Notes under the pieces: model-generated
Told to the model about the DNA's origin: nothing
The model's database searches: none
What the model saw: the letters and a program-made list of their open reading frames with translations, nothing else
Assembly (NCBI GenBank): GCA_013388835.1
Contig: JACAEL010000071.1
Coordinates: forward strand, 9,714-73,713
Direction of reading: 5' to 3'
DNA length: 64,000 nucleotides
Source: Candidatus Thorarchaeota archaeon
Lineage (GTDB): Archaea > Asgardarchaeota > Thorarchaeia > Thorarchaeales > Thorarchaeaceae
Program-made: the position numbers and the translations under genes
In this document: positions 38,011 through 48,835 of the stretch, in pieces
Position numbering within the stretch: the stretch's first letter is position 1
How the letters are laid out: each line of letters begins with the position of its first letter

Positions 38011-38790
38011 ATGGAGACTGTTGAAAGCGGCTGGGACGATTTCTGGGCTGAGGTCATGCGCGTCAAGTATCGTAGTTCGGTTCAAGGTATCGCCCAGTAC
38101 GACGATATGCTTGTCGAGTGCTGTATCCAGCTGCTCGCTCTGAAGAGAGGTGATGCCATTCTTGACATCGCGTGTGGAGCAGGTGACCACAGTCTTCTCT
38201 TTTGCAGGCACGGTCTTGAGGTGACCGGGTTTGACATCTCAAAGACACTGATCAAGACGGCGCAGCAGAGAGCACTACAACAGTCGCTCGATGTTGACTT
38301 TCACGTTGGCGACATGAGAGTGATGAAGCTGAAGAGGAAGTACAATGGGGCGGCCATTCTGAGCCACAGCTTTGGCTTCTTTGACGACGAAGTGAACCGA
38401 CGGATCTTGGAGCGCGTGCATGACTCGCTTCTCGAAGGAGGCGGCCTCTTGATTGACCTCATGAATCCGTACAACCTCCCACGCTTTCATCCGACATGGA
38501 CGAAGCTCGAAGGGGGATATCTGCTCACCGAACCATATGTTCTGGATGCGCAGGCAGGAGTACTTCGCGGTCGACCCGCCGTCTTCATTGACACTGACAG
38601 GGATAGAGTGATTCTGATGAACTCTGATGCGATGTCCAACAATGACATTCGGATGTACACTGCGCTTGAGATACGATCACTGCTTGAGGATGCTGGCTTC
38701 ATCAGGATTGACATGTATGGTCAGAACAAGCTTCCGCGTGTACCGTACTCTGCAAGTTCCGAACGGATGGTAGTGGTTGCATTCAGGTAG
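38011..38790 (+). CDS. Class I SAM-dependent methyltransferase
   Basis: Motif I LDIACGAGDHS and an acidic residue at the end of beta2 (GFDIS). Confidence 0.75.
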   Translation: METVESGWDDFWAEVMRVKYRSSVQGIAQYDDMLVECCIQLLALKRGDAILDIACGAGDHSLLFCRHGLEVTGFDISKTLIKTAQQRALQQSLDVDFHVGDMRVMKLKRKYNGAAILSHSFGFFDDEVNRRILERVHDSLLEGGGLLIDLMNPYNLPRFHPTWTKLEGGYLLTEPYVLDAQAGVLRGRPAVFIDTDRDRVILMNSDAMSNNDIRMYTALEIRSLLEDAGFIRIDMYGQNKLPRVPYSASSERMVVVAFR

Positions 38791-38910
38791 CGTATATGAC
38801 GATAGTCTTTTATGGAGCACAAATGTGAAGCGACCTGTCGCCGATGCCCGACCGGCGGATTAAGTCGAGTTCTCTCGAGCTGGCAGAATCAGCCTGAGAT
38901 AGAGCTCTGC

Positions 38911-41145
38911 ATGACTAGGGTGAGCAACTTGGTCAAAATCAAGGATCCAGAGGCAATCAAGAAGCTCATAATGTCCGATGACTTTGAGCACAAACGCATC
39001 ATATCGATATCTGCACATATCGACCATGGGAAGACCACCACGAGTGACTATCTGCTGCGTGCAGCCGGTCTGATGAGTGACGCTGCCGCAGGCCAAGCTC
39101 TGATGACCGATAGTGACGAGGAAGAACAGGCGCGAGGAATCACGATATTCACATCCGTCGTACTGCTGAACTTCGAAATTGACGGTGAGGAGTATCTGGT
39201 TCAGCTCTCTGACACTCCAGGACATCTCTCATTCACAGGAGAGGTGTCTCGTGCACTAAGAGCAAGCGACGGTGCGGTGATTCTGGTCGATGCGCTTGAG
39301 GGCGTGATGCCCCAGACAGAAACCAACATCCGTCTGTCAGTTGGAGGCGAGGCGTGCCGACCTGTACTCTTTGTCAACAAGGTGGACCGGCTGATAAACG
39401 AGCTGAAGTTGCCGCCCAAGAAGGTCTCGGAGAGAATCGATGCCATCATTGCCAAGGTGAACGAACTCATCAGGAAGGTGGCACCGCCAGAGATGGCAAA
39501 GTCGTGGCAAGTGAGTTTCGCAGACGCCAGTGTTGCAATAGGCAGCGCCAAGACCGGGTGGGCCTTCACAATCAGCACACTCAAGAAGAAAGGCATAAAC
39601 CCAATGGTCGTCTTCGAGAAGTACAACCAAGGCCAAGCGGACTGGCTCCGGGCGAATCTGCCCCTGGATGAGGCGCTTCTTGAGATGATTGTCAAGCACC
39701 TGCCTAACCCCCGTGAGGCACAGAAGTACAAGATCCCTCGAATTTGGAGAGGCGATCTGCAGACCCCTGCCGGTCAGGCCTTGCTTGCTTGTGACCCCAA
39801 GGGTCCCCTGATTGGCATGATCACCAAGATATTCGTAGATCCAAAGAGCAAGCGACCAACACTCATCGGTCGCGTCTTCTCGGGGACTCTTAAGGCCCAA
39901 CAGGAGGTTCGACTGGTGAACATGAAGCAGAACGCTCGCATCAAGCGTCTGGGGGTACAGGAGATCACGGACATCCTGGACATGGAGGAGATTCCCGCAG
40001 GCAACCTGTTTTCGGTCTTTGGCTTCATGTGCCCGGCAGGCGAGTCCTTTGTTGACCCGGACTCGGACCTACCTGGTTTCGAGGCCATAGTTTATGCCAG
40101 CGAACCTGTGGTCAGTCGCAGTATTAGGCCGGTGGACCCTTCTGACATCGCCAAGCTGGGTGAGACCGTGTCAAAGTGGATCATGGCTGACCCAACCGCA
40201 CGTTTCGTGCATGACAAGGAGTCTGGAGAGTACCGTCTTGATGGTATTGACCCTCTTCAGATTGAGATTCTGACTAAGCGTATCGATGAACAGGTCAAGA
40301 TTAAGGTGTCTGAGCCTGTGATAGTCTACCGTGAGAAGATTAGTCAGCGAGGAGCCGAGTTCCACACAAAGTCCCCGAATGGTCACAACCGACTCAAGCT
40401 GTATGTCGAGCCCCTAGATGAAAAGACAGTCGAGCTGATTCGGAAGAAGCGAATCACAGCTGAACAGGGTGCCCGTGAGCGAGCAGACATCCTCAGGGAA
40501 GAAGCAGGCTGGGACCCGAAGGAGGCGAGGAAGATACTTGACATCTACGAGTCCTCCATGCTTGTTGACGCCATGTCCGGTGTTCAGAGATTCGACAGGA
40601 TACTGCCGTATGTCCAGTCCACCTTCAGAGAGTTTATCGACTCCGGTCCCCTTGCCCACGAACCAGTCATGGGTGTCAAGGTGGTCATTACTGATGCTAC
40701 CGTCCACACTGACCCCGCACACACTGGTTACAGTGAAATTGCCATAATGACCTCTGCGGCTCTCAACCTGTCGTTCCTCTCCGGTGCGCCATCAATACAC
40801 GAACCGGTGCTCTCCGTTGACATCAAGACCCCTTCAGACACCCAGGGACAGGTCATCAAGGTGCTCACTGGTCACAGGGGGCAGATTGTGACGATTGAGC
40901 CTGAGGAGGAGACTGTGACAATCAAGGGCACACTTCCGACCGCAGAGACCATTGGCATAGCCGATGAGTTCAGAAGCGCCACATCCGGCCGCAGTTTCTT
41001 CGGTTATGAGTTCAAGGGGTTCGATACACTGCCCCCCAGTCTGCAGCAGTCCAAGATACTTGAGATTCGCAAGCGGAAGAAGATGCCCGAGTCGATGCCT
41101 GATCCGAGCAACTGGGCCCGCTATGTCTACAAACGGACTGGCTAG
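38911..41145 (+). CDS. fusA: Translation elongation factor 2 (aEF-2)
   Basis: G domain AHIDHGKTT, DTPGH, NKVDR. Diphthamide-site HRG (VLTGHRGQIV). Start placed at the internal ATG at 38911. Confidence 0.9.
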   Translation: MTRVSNLVKIKDPEAIKKLIMSDDFEHKRIISISAHIDHGKTTTSDYLLRAAGLMSDAAAGQALMTDSDEEEQARGITIFTSVVLLNFEIDGEEYLVQLSDTPGHLSFTGEVSRALRASDGAVILVDALEGVMPQTETNIRLSVGGEACRPVLFVNKVDRLINELKLPPKKVSERIDAIIAKVNELIRKVAPPEMAKSWQVSFADASVAIGSAKTGWAFTISTLKKKGINPMVVFEKYNQGQADWLRANLPLDEALLEMIVKHLPNPREAQKYKIPRIWRGDLQTPAGQALLACDPKGPLIGMITKIFVDPKSKRPTLIGRVFSGTLKAQQEVRLVNMKQNARIKRLGVQEITDILDMEEIPAGNLFSVFGFMCPAGESFVDPDSDLPGFEAIVYASEPVVSRSIRPVDPSDIAKLGETVSKWIMADPTARFVHDKESGEYRLDGIDPLQIEILTKRIDEQVKIKVSEPVIVYREKISQRGAEFHTKSPNGHNRLKLYVEPLDEKTVELIRKKRITAEQGARERADILREEAGWDPKEARKILDIYESSMLVDAMSGVQRFDRILPYVQSTFREFIDSGPLAHEPVMGVKVVITDATVHTDPAHTGYSEIAIMTSAALNLSFLSGAPSIHEPVLSVDIKTPSDTQGQVIKVLTGHRGQIVTIEPEEETVTIKGTLPTAETIGIADEFRSATSGRSFFGYEFKGFDTLPPSLQQSKILEIRKRKKMPESMPDPSNWARYVYKRTG

Positions 41146-41263
41146 CGTGTTCTGAGTAGCGCTCTTCGGAGCGCTACCATTCTGTCTTCTCGCATGAGAA
41201 AGGACGTGCAGGCGGTATCTATTTCTCTCCGTATCACGAATTGACAACCGAGCTGAAACGCGA

Positions 41264-42595
41264 GTGGAATCGAAGAAGCTGCTGGCTGACCTCGTTGCCT
41301 TTGACACCGTTAGCGACCCCGAGAAGAATCGGCGTCCGTCGAGTGAATGCCCCCAATACATCAATTCCCACCTTGATGCGTTGGGAGTCAGGACTGAGTT
41401 ATTGGAACACGAAGGTGTCTATACTTCTCTGGGTGTGATGGGCACTGGAGGTGACGTGATTCTCTTTCTCACACACTTCGATGTTGTACCCCCGGGAAAC
41501 GGGTGGGAGAGCGACCCGTTCACCCTTATTGTGAAAGATGACAAGGCATTTGGACGCGGTAGCAGCGATGACAAGGGCAACATAGTGTCTGTGCTCTTGC
41601 TTGCAGAGAAACTGGCTGAATCCAAGTTGCCATGCACCGTGCTGTTCGCAGCCACCGGGGATGAAGAAGTAGGCGGAGTGAACGGCGCAGGGTATCTCAG
41701 AGAGCACCTTCGCAGTGAGGGTCTCTCTCCACGCTATGTGCTTGTTGCTGACGGCATCCATCAGCAGGTGATATTCAGGCGCCGGAACATACTGCCTGCA
41801 ACGATAACAGTGCGACCAGTGAAGCAGTACACCACTGGGACAGTGGAACCCGTCCGGTTCAACACTGACACATTCGGTTCTCAGACGCGACACTCGGCAT
41901 ACCTGCGGCTCGGTGTGGACAGACATGCCATGCTTGCCGCCTCGCGGTATCTGGAGTCACATCCGACCTCACTAGTCAAGGACATCCGGGGTGCGTTCAT
42001 CAAATCAAACGTGGTTCCCGACTGGGTGGAGTTGGACCTCGTTAGCCCTTCCGACTCTGGTGAGCAAGTGGAGTATGACCTCGCTTTGACCGGCCTGATG
42101 CGGTCCTTGCTTGCAATCTCCTGCGCGAGCTTTCCGACGAGGCCGTCAGAGAGGGGTACGATCGTTGCCCCGAACCTACTAGGCCTAAAGGACGGGGTCT
42201 GGAGGCTATACTGTGACGTCAGAGCAATGACGAATGACGGGGGTGCTGTAAAGCGAGCCATAGAGGGGGCACTGGGCGGTCGTGTTGAAGCAGAATCAGT
42301 CCATGTGGACAGCGGTGCGGGCTTCGTCGATTCTGATACACAGTCGTACTTCATGAGAGCTGCAGCACACTCACTGAAGAAGGCCGGACTCCCATGTCAG
42401 TTTGTCGAGGGTGGCGGCGCGTCAGACTCTCGGTTCTTTGTCGGCAAAGGTGTCCAGGTCTTTGACTTTGGCCCCGAGGGTGATAACATCCATGGTCCCA
42501 ACGAGTGGGTCTCTCTGAGTTCGATTGAGAAGAACACGGAGTTCTTCTATGCGCTCACTGAGACGATAGCGTACGACCATCCTAAGGGGAGATAG
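41264..42595 (+). CDS. M20 family metallopeptidase (ArgE/DapE-like)
   Basis: HFDVVPPG, GRGSSDDKG and other M20 metal-ligand blocks. Confidence 0.75.
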   Translation: MESKKLLADLVAFDTVSDPEKNRRPSSECPQYINSHLDALGVRTELLEHEGVYTSLGVMGTGGDVILFLTHFDVVPPGNGWESDPFTLIVKDDKAFGRGSSDDKGNIVSVLLLAEKLAESKLPCTVLFAATGDEEVGGVNGAGYLREHLRSEGLSPRYVLVADGIHQQVIFRRRNILPATITVRPVKQYTTGTVEPVRFNTDTFGSQTRHSAYLRLGVDRHAMLAASRYLESHPTSLVKDIRGAFIKSNVVPDWVELDLVSPSDSGEQVEYDLALTGLMRSLLAISCASFPTRPSERGTIVAPNLLGLKDGVWRLYCDVRAMTNDGGAVKRAIEGALGGRVEAESVHVDSGAGFVDSDTQSYFMRAAAHSLKKAGLPCQFVEGGGASDSRFFVGKGVQVFDFGPEGDNIHGPNEWVSLSSIEKNTEFFYALTETIAYDHPKGR

Positions 42596-45500
42596 GTGAC
42601 ATTCCCACCTTCACCTTCAGGTCATCTATCTCCCACTCCTTGACGAACGCATGTTCTTTCCACTTGACTCTTGCATCTGGACCTAGTATGTCTATCTTCG
42701 CAGCCCGTGTTTCACCTGCCAGGTACCCACCAACGGACTTGGCCAGCTCTGCCGACTCCGCCTCCGAGAACTGGACAACTAGATCTATCGACTGCTCCAC
42801 TCTCAGGTTCAGTTCCTTCCGCATAACCTGAACCCTCCTTGTGACGTCCCTGATCAGCCCCTCTGCCTCAAGCTCTCTGGTCCTTGTCATGTCGACATAT
42901 ACCTTGCCTATCTTGCTATGGGCGAGTCCGAGATGGTCTGGCATGGTCTCTTCGAATTCTAGGTCCCCGGGTTCAAGGACTATGTTCTCTCCCCGCACCT
43001 CTATTCTTGCGCTACCCTTTTCCAGTTCTCTCCTGAGCGCGGCAGCGTCCCCCTGCTGCAATGTGGCGACTATGTCTTTCATCAGTGACTTGTACTTTGG
43101 ACCGAGAACCTTGTAGTTTGGCTTCACAATCAGTCTGACGAAGCCTGCCATTACGTCTGTCATGTGTACTTCGAACTCCCGAGTGTTCAGATCGCTCCTT
43201 AGCACTTCAGCCAGGCTTCTTGCTCTCGCAGCCACCTCATCAGAGACCGGCACAAGCATGATTCTGGCCACTGGATGTCTGAGCTTCACTCCCTTCTTGT
43301 TCCTGGCATTACTGGCAGCACTCCTGAGTTCCTGAAGTACCTCGAATGTGGCCTCCATCTCCTTGTCCAAGAGCTTCTTCTCGACGCGGGGCATGTCCGT
43401 CATGTTGATTGACCCGGGCAGTCCGTCCATGAAGCGAGTGAAGAAGTCCCTGTGGAGCTTCTCGGCAAGGAATGGTGTGAACACACTCAACGCCCTTGTG
43501 AGCGTCTGAAGAGTGTAGTACATGACATCGTACGCCATTATCTTCCTCGGGTCCTCGCTGTCCAGCCAGACTCGCTTCTTGACCAGAGGTATGTAGACCC
43601 TGCTCAGGTCCTCGCTCAAGAAGTCGATCAGTGCTCTGCTGGCTTGGTGGTAGAAGTACTTCCCCATGTGCTCATGATACTCTCCAAGCACAGTCTGAAC
43701 CCTTGAGAGAAGCCACCGGTCCTCCAAATCGGCCTTGCGAAGCCCCCTTCTCATCCTCTTCTCATCGAATCTGAACTTGTCCAGTTCCATGTATGTCTCG
43801 GCGAATAGAAAGACGTTCCACAGGATGTCGAGGTACTTCCTTGTGAACTCGACCTCCTTCGGATCGTAGTTCATGCTGGACCACGGCGTAGACCTGCTCA
43901 ACATGAAGAGCCGAAACACGTCTGCTCCGACCTTGTCCAGCTCGTCCTTCATCCAGACGACGTTGCCCTTGGACTTGCTCATCTTCCCGCCCTTTTCATC
44001 AAGCACGTGACCTTGACTCACGCAGGTCTTGAATGGATAGCTGTCGTGCATGACAGTTGATGTGTACAGGAGACTGTAGAACCAGCCACGAGACTGGTCC
44101 ACTCCCTCAGTTATGAAGTCGTAGGGGAACAGTGTCTTGAAGAGACTGGGGTCTCTGAGATAGTCGACACTCGCCGTGTGTGCCATTCCCGAGTCCAACC
44201 AGCAGTCGGTGACGAACGGCTCACGCAGCATACGACCTCCGCACTTCTCGCACTTGAGCACGACCGCGTCGACCCAAGGGCGATGCAGCTCAAAATCCTT
44301 TGGGAGTCTGCCCGCACGCTTCTTCAGTTCGTCTCTTGAACCAATCACAACCTCGTGTTTGCATTTCTCGCAGACCCATACGGGCAATGGTGTGCCCCAT
44401 ATTCGCGAGCGCGATATGCACCAGTCGTCCGCATTGGCCAGCCAGTCACCGAATCTTCCGGTTCCTGCCCACTCAGGGGTCCACTGGATCTGGTTATTCT
44501 TCTCGACCAGACGGTCTCTCACGCCTATCATCTTGAGGAACCACTGCGACGAGTCTGCAAGGTAGATGAGCGGTGTGTCACACCTCCAACAGTGCGGATA
44601 CTCGTGTTCTATTGTTTCCTCGTGCACAAGGAGACCCCTCTCCCGTAGCATCTTAGGGACGTCCTTATTCACATCGAACACATACTTCCCTTGGAAGAGC
44701 GGTACTTCTTCCGTGAATCTCCCTGTCTTGGTGACCGGGCAGAAGACCGGGACCCCATACTTGACACCCACCTCGAAGTCGTCAGGGCCGAACCCGGGCG
44801 CCGTGTGGACGAGTCCTGTGCCATCCTCGACGGTGACGTGTTCGCCCACAACCACCGCGTGCATATACCCTTCTGTGTGTTCGCTGTGGAAAGGCACCTC
44901 TGCTTTGAACGGATGCTCATACTTCCATCCGAGCATCTCCTCTCCTCGGCATGAATCAACGATGCTGAACTTCTCCACACCTGCCTTCTGCATGACCGTT
45001 CCGACTAGGTTCTCAACAAGCCACCAGTGCTCGATGCCAACCTTCACTCTCACATACGTGAAGTCAGGATGGACCGAGACCATCTCATTAGAAAGGAGTG
45101 TGAAGGGTGTGGTGGTCCATACTACAAGGTACTCGTTCTCGCGCCCGTACAACGGAAACTTGACGTAGATGGACGGGTCGACCTTGGTGGCATAGCCCTG
45201 AGAGACTTCATGACCAGAGACCGCCGTCACACAGCGCGGGCAAGAGGGATTCACTCTGTATCCTCTGCCGAGAAGTCCCTTCTCGCTTGCCATCTTCAGA
45301 AAGTGCCACACATGCTCTATGTAGTCATCTCTTCTGGTCTGGTAGGCCGTTTCGAAGTCCAGCCACAGTCCGAGTCTCACAGAGTCTCGCACCCATCCAG
45401 CCAAGTAGTAGTCGACAAGTTCCTTGCACTTCTTGACAAACACGTCCATGCCCAGTGTCTTCTCTATGTCCCCCTTGTCAGCGATGCCCTGACTACGCTC

Positions 45501-45785
45501 GACCTCAAGCTCCACAGGTAGCCCTTGCATGTCCCAGCCACCTCGCCTCCAGACATTGTAGCCCATCATGGTCATGTACCTGATTTGAGCATCTTTCATG
45601 GCTCTGCCGCGAGCGTGACCAGCATGCATGAATCCGTTTGTTGTAGGGGGTCCCTCAAGGAAGCTCCACTTCGGACCGGATAACCTAGACTCTACAGTCT
45701 TCTGACAAGTGCAGTCCTTCTCCCAGAACTGCAGGACTTCCTTCTCTATGGCTACAGGGTCGTACCGTTTCGGCAATGGGCTCAT
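42582..45785 (-). CDS. ileS: Isoleucyl-tRNA synthetase
   Basis: Class I HIGH (HAGHARG) and KMSKS motifs; about 1,068 aa. Start at the internal ATG at 45785 with AGGAGA 4 nt upstream. Confidence 0.9.
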   Translation of the reverse strand: MSPLPKRYDPVAIEKEVLQFWEKDCTCQKTVESRLSGPKWSFLEGPPTTNGFMHAGHARGRAMKDAQIRYMTMMGYNVWRRGGWDMQGLPVELEVERSQGIADKGDIEKTLGMDVFVKKCKELVDYYLAGWVRDSVRLGLWLDFETAYQTRRDDYIEHVWHFLKMASEKGLLGRGYRVNPSCPRCVTAVSGHEVSQGYATKVDPSIYVKFPLYGRENEYLVVWTTTPFTLLSNEMVSVHPDFTYVRVKVGIEHWWLVENLVGTVMQKAGVEKFSIVDSCRGEEMLGWKYEHPFKAEVPFHSEHTEGYMHAVVVGEHVTVEDGTGLVHTAPGFGPDDFEVGVKYGVPVFCPVTKTGRFTEEVPLFQGKYVFDVNKDVPKMLRERGLLVHEETIEHEYPHCWRCDTPLIYLADSSQWFLKMIGVRDRLVEKNNQIQWTPEWAGTGRFGDWLANADDWCISRSRIWGTPLPVWVCEKCKHEVVIGSRDELKKRAGRLPKDFELHRPWVDAVVLKCEKCGGRMLREPFVTDCWLDSGMAHTASVDYLRDPSLFKTLFPYDFITEGVDQSRGWFYSLLYTSTVMHDSYPFKTCVSQGHVLDEKGGKMSKSKGNVVWMKDELDKVGADVFRLFMLSRSTPWSSMNYDPKEVEFTRKYLDILWNVFLFAETYMELDKFRFDEKRMRRGLRKADLEDRWLLSRVQTVLGEYHEHMGKYFYHQASRALIDFLSEDLSRVYIPLVKKRVWLDSEDPRKIMAYDVMYYTLQTLTRALSVFTPFLAEKLHRDFFTRFMDGLPGSINMTDMPRVEKKLLDKEMEATFEVLQELRSAASNARNKKGVKLRHPVARIMLVPVSDEVAARARSLAEVLRSDLNTREFEVHMTDVMAGFVRLIVKPNYKVLGPKYKSLMKDIVATLQQGDAAALRRELEKGSARIEVRGENIVLEPGDLEFEETMPDHLGLAHSKIGKVYVDMTRTRELEAEGLIRDVTRRVQVMRKELNLRVEQSIDLVVQFSEAESAELAKSVGGYLAGETRAAKIDILGPDARVKWKEHAFVKEWEIDDLKVKVGMSPISP

Positions 45786-46055
45786 TATGGTCTCCTCTTG
45801 TTGGTCATCAGTCTTTGAGAACAGAGCGGCTATCATGTTTGTCATCAGGAGAGTGCACTGGATCAGTCTTCGCAGACTTGCGACCAGACTTGCTGGATGA
45901 TTTGGCAATCCATCCTTTTCTCACCTGATTGGCTTGGGGTGGTCACTCACCTAAACCTGTTAAAAACCTTAGGCTAAGTCTTCTTGACCCACCTGTTGGA
46001 TGGGCGAGTGTATGCGCTGAAGACTTAATTACGTGGAACGCAATGGTGATGCTGT

Positions 46056-46736
46056 GTGGTTACTATGAGCGCTCTGGAGAATCGGACACTTGACAAGCTG
46101 TTCGACATGGTCCTGAATGTGCTGTGGCAGGACCGTCTAGAACTCTGGACTGCAGTGAGAAAGAAGATGGACACTGAGGGCGTAGAGTCTGCCAAGACTG
46201 CGTTCAGAGGAGCGTTGAGTCGATTCATGGGCGGCCCTCTGAAGGACCAGATTGACGTGAGGTGGGGTATGCGCCTATGTATGCACTGCAATGATGAGAA
46301 CATCGAGAAGAACGGGATTGCCTACGTCACTCCGTCGGGCGACGGTTTGGAGTTCAATCAGTGTCTTAACTGTAGGATAGGTATGGTCTACAAGGTTGTT
46401 GCTGCAAACGCACACCTTGACACGTATACAATAGCCCTAGGTCAGCCCAAGCAGTTCAACGGCTTCTCCTTCTACTGGGACGCGATTGTACCTGATTCAC
46501 TACGCTACAAGCTCCCTCTCTACGAGGTGATTCGAGATGGTCAGTGGATTGGGACAGTCAGTATTGACAAGTCACTCAAACCATCACTGCTTCGGTTTGA
46601 GGACATGAAGCACGGGGTCGATCGAGGCGACAGGAGTGTCTGGACCGAGGCATTGCCAGCAGACCTCCTTGCGGGCGTCCAGTCCTTCATCGAAGTGGCT
46701 CGGAACCATCTAGACGTGGCGCTGGCCATCTCGTAG
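46056..46736 (+). CDS. Hypothetical protein with a CxxC...CxxC zinc-ribbon-like motif
   Basis: CMHC...CLNC. No other recognisable motif. Confidence 0.3.
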   Translation: MVTMSALENRTLDKLFDMVLNVLWQDRLELWTAVRKKMDTEGVESAKTAFRGALSRFMGGPLKDQIDVRWGMRLCMHCNDENIEKNGIAYVTPSGDGLEFNQCLNCRIGMVYKVVAANAHLDTYTIALGQPKQFNGFSFYWDAIVPDSLRYKLPLYEVIRDGQWIGTVSIDKSLKPSLLRFEDMKHGVDRGDRSVWTEALPADLLAGVQSFIEVARNHLDVALAIS

Positions 46737-46755
46737 CCAAGGAGGCAGGGACCTC

Positions 46756-47070
46756 TTGGCAAGAGAAAAACTGGTGCGCGACCGCATACCGGACCTGATT
46801 CGAAGCAGCGGACAGACTCCCGTTGTGCGGACTGCACTTAAGGAGGAGCTTGACCATCTGCTTCGTCTGAAGGTACTTGAGGAGGCGGAGGAGCTCTTTT
46901 CATCCGGGTCGAACGAGGAACTCGCAGACATAGTTGAGGCAGTACTCCAGTTGGCCAAGACGCGGGGGATATCACGAGAACAACTCGACCTCATCGTGGC
47001 AAAAAAGCGAGCCGATCGTGGGGGGTTTGAGATGGGTTATGTTCTCACTCTCCCCACTGAGGAGGACTAG
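46756..47070 (+). CDS. MazG-like all-alpha nucleotide pyrophosphohydrolase
   Basis: N-terminal KLVRDRIPD and the EEAEEL..EELADIVEAVL pattern typical of HisE/MazG-like NTP-PPases. Confidence 0.45.
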   Translation: MAREKLVRDRIPDLIRSSGQTPVVRTALKEELDHLLRLKVLEEAEELFSSGSNEELADIVEAVLQLAKTRGISREQLDLIVAKKRADRGGFEMGYVLTLPTEED

Positions 47071-47188
47071 GAATCCCTCCTTTCATACTCTGAAACATCT
47101 GACAACGGTTATATACTCCCTCCTCAGGCTCAGAGTCAGAATACCACTCGCTTCAGTGGTGGTACTACAATTCCTGGAGAGTCATCTA

Positions 47189-48835
47189 ATGGAACCAGAA
47201 GTCAAGAAGGTGCCCGAGGTGCCACCCACCCATGTCACAGGTGGGCATGACATCAAGAGGTACCATGTCGAGAAGTATCCCCCGCGAACCCTACCACACA
47301 AGACTCAGTCGATTTGCCCAGAGTGTTTCCTGACGGACGACAAGGTGGTCGTCATCGATGCGATGCTATACGAGGAAGATGGCAAGGTCATGTACAAGAA
47401 GACATGTGAGAAACACGGGGAGTTCATCGATGTCTACTGGGGCGATGCCGAGATGTACAGGCGTGCCTCGACATACTGGTACAAGTCCGTGGGGCTTGAC
47501 AATCCGCGGACCCAGACAGTCCTTGGCTGCCCACAAGACTGCGGGCAGTGTCCCGAACACAAGTCCCATACCGCACTTGCTCTTCTTGACGTCACCAACA
47601 GGTGTAACCTTCGCTGCCCAATCTGTTTCGCACAGGCAGCTGAGTCGGGTAGTGTGTATGAACCGACACCGGAAGAAGTGCTTGAGATGATGAAGAATCT
47701 CAGGAGTAACATGCCGGTTCCGGCCCCGGCCATTCAGTTTGCGGGCGGTGAGCCGACAGTCAGCAAGCACATTCTCCAGTACATCCGATGGGCAAAGCAG
47801 CTTGGTTTCAGACATGTACAGATAGCGAGCAATGCCATCCGTGTGGCCAAGAGCTTGGAGTTCGCCCGTCAGTTGAAAGAGGCTGGCCTGTCAACAATAT
47901 ACATGCAGTTTGATGGTGTGACGCCAGAACCATATCTGACAGCACGCGGTGTTGATCTCTTTCCAATCAAGCAGCAAGCCATCAAGAACTGCAGGGAGGT
48001 CGGACTGGACTCACTCGTCCTGGTTCCAACTGTCGTGAGAGGAGTCAACGACGATCAGCTGGGTAGGATAATCGAGTTTGCAGTACAGAACCGCGATGTC
48101 ATACGCTGCGTCAACTTCCAGCCTGTGAGCATAACTGGCCGTATTGACCATGATGCACGCCACAGGATGCGCATCACCATTCCGGATGCAATACACAAGA
48201 TCGAGGAACAGACTGGCGGAAGAATACCCGCTTCGGAATGGTATCCTGTTCCAGCGATGATGCCCGTCGGAAGGGCTCTCGGACTCATGAAGGGTACTCC
48301 TCAGCTGGAACTGAGTTCACACTTCGCCTGCGGAATGTCGACCTTCCTCTATGTCGATGAGGATGGTAGCTATGAGCCAATTACCAAGCTCATAGATGTC
48401 GAGAAGTTCCTTGAGTTGCTTGTGGAGATCTCCGAGCTGTTTGTCCAGGGCAAGAGAGGAGCGAGCGCAAGGGCGAAGGCCAAGCTGGCGGGAGGTGCTC
48501 GCCACATAAAGCGCAAGGGCCTGATAAAGGACCTAGTCAGCGCCTTCCTCAACCGCGGCGATTACGAGTCGCTCTCAAAGTTCATGGAACGCGTAATCAT
48601 GGTGGGCATGATGCACTTCCAAGACCCGTACAACTTCGACTTGGAACGAGTTCAGCACTGTGACATAAACTATGCAGTGCCAGATGGGCGAATCATCCCG
48701 TTCTGCACGATGAACACAATCCACAGACCACTGATTGAGAAGAAGTTAGCAAAGTCCATCGATCAGTGGCGAAAGGGTCACAAGCCCGATCAAGTCGAGG
48801 AGGACAGCATCGTCAGACCCTTCCAAGGTTCGTAA
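47189..48835 (+). CDS. Radical SAM protein with an N-terminal Cys-ribbon (tetraether-lipid-synthase Tes-like)
   Basis: CNLRCPICF radical-SAM cluster motif. N-terminal CPEC...C..HG module. About 548 aa from the ATG at 47189. Tes assignment is tentative. Confidence 0.55.
   Translation: MEPEVKKVPEVPPTHVTGGHDIKRYHVEKYPPRTLPHKTQSICPECFLTDDKVVVIDAMLYEEDGKVMYKKTCEKHGEFIDVYWGDAEMYRRASTYWYKSVGLDNPRTQTVLGCPQDCGQCPEHKSHTALALLDVTNRCNLRCPICFAQAAESGSVYEPTPEEVLEMMKNLRSNMPVPAPAIQFAGGEPTVSKHILQYIRWAKQLGFRHVQIASNAIRVAKSLEFARQLKEAGLSTIYMQFDGVTPEPYLTARGVDLFPIKQQAIKNCREVGLDSLVLVPTVVRGVNDDQLGRIIEFAVQNRDVIRCVNFQPVSITGRIDHDARHRMRITIPDAIHKIEEQTGGRIPASEWYPVPAMMPVGRALGLMKGTPQLELSSHFACGMSTFLYVDEDGSYEPITKLIDVEKFLELLVEISELFVQGKRGASARAKAKLAGGARHIKRKGLIKDLVSAFLNRGDYESLSKFMERVIMVGMMHFQDPYNFDLERVQHCDINYAVPDGRIIPFCTMNTIHRPLIEKKLAKSIDQWRKGHKPDQVEEDSIVRPFQGS

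Noticed and set aside
42640-45521. Multiple 60-200-aa plus-strand ORFs
   Set aside because: All lie inside and antisense to the isoleucyl-tRNA synthetase gene, which shows class I synthetase motifs on the minus strand.
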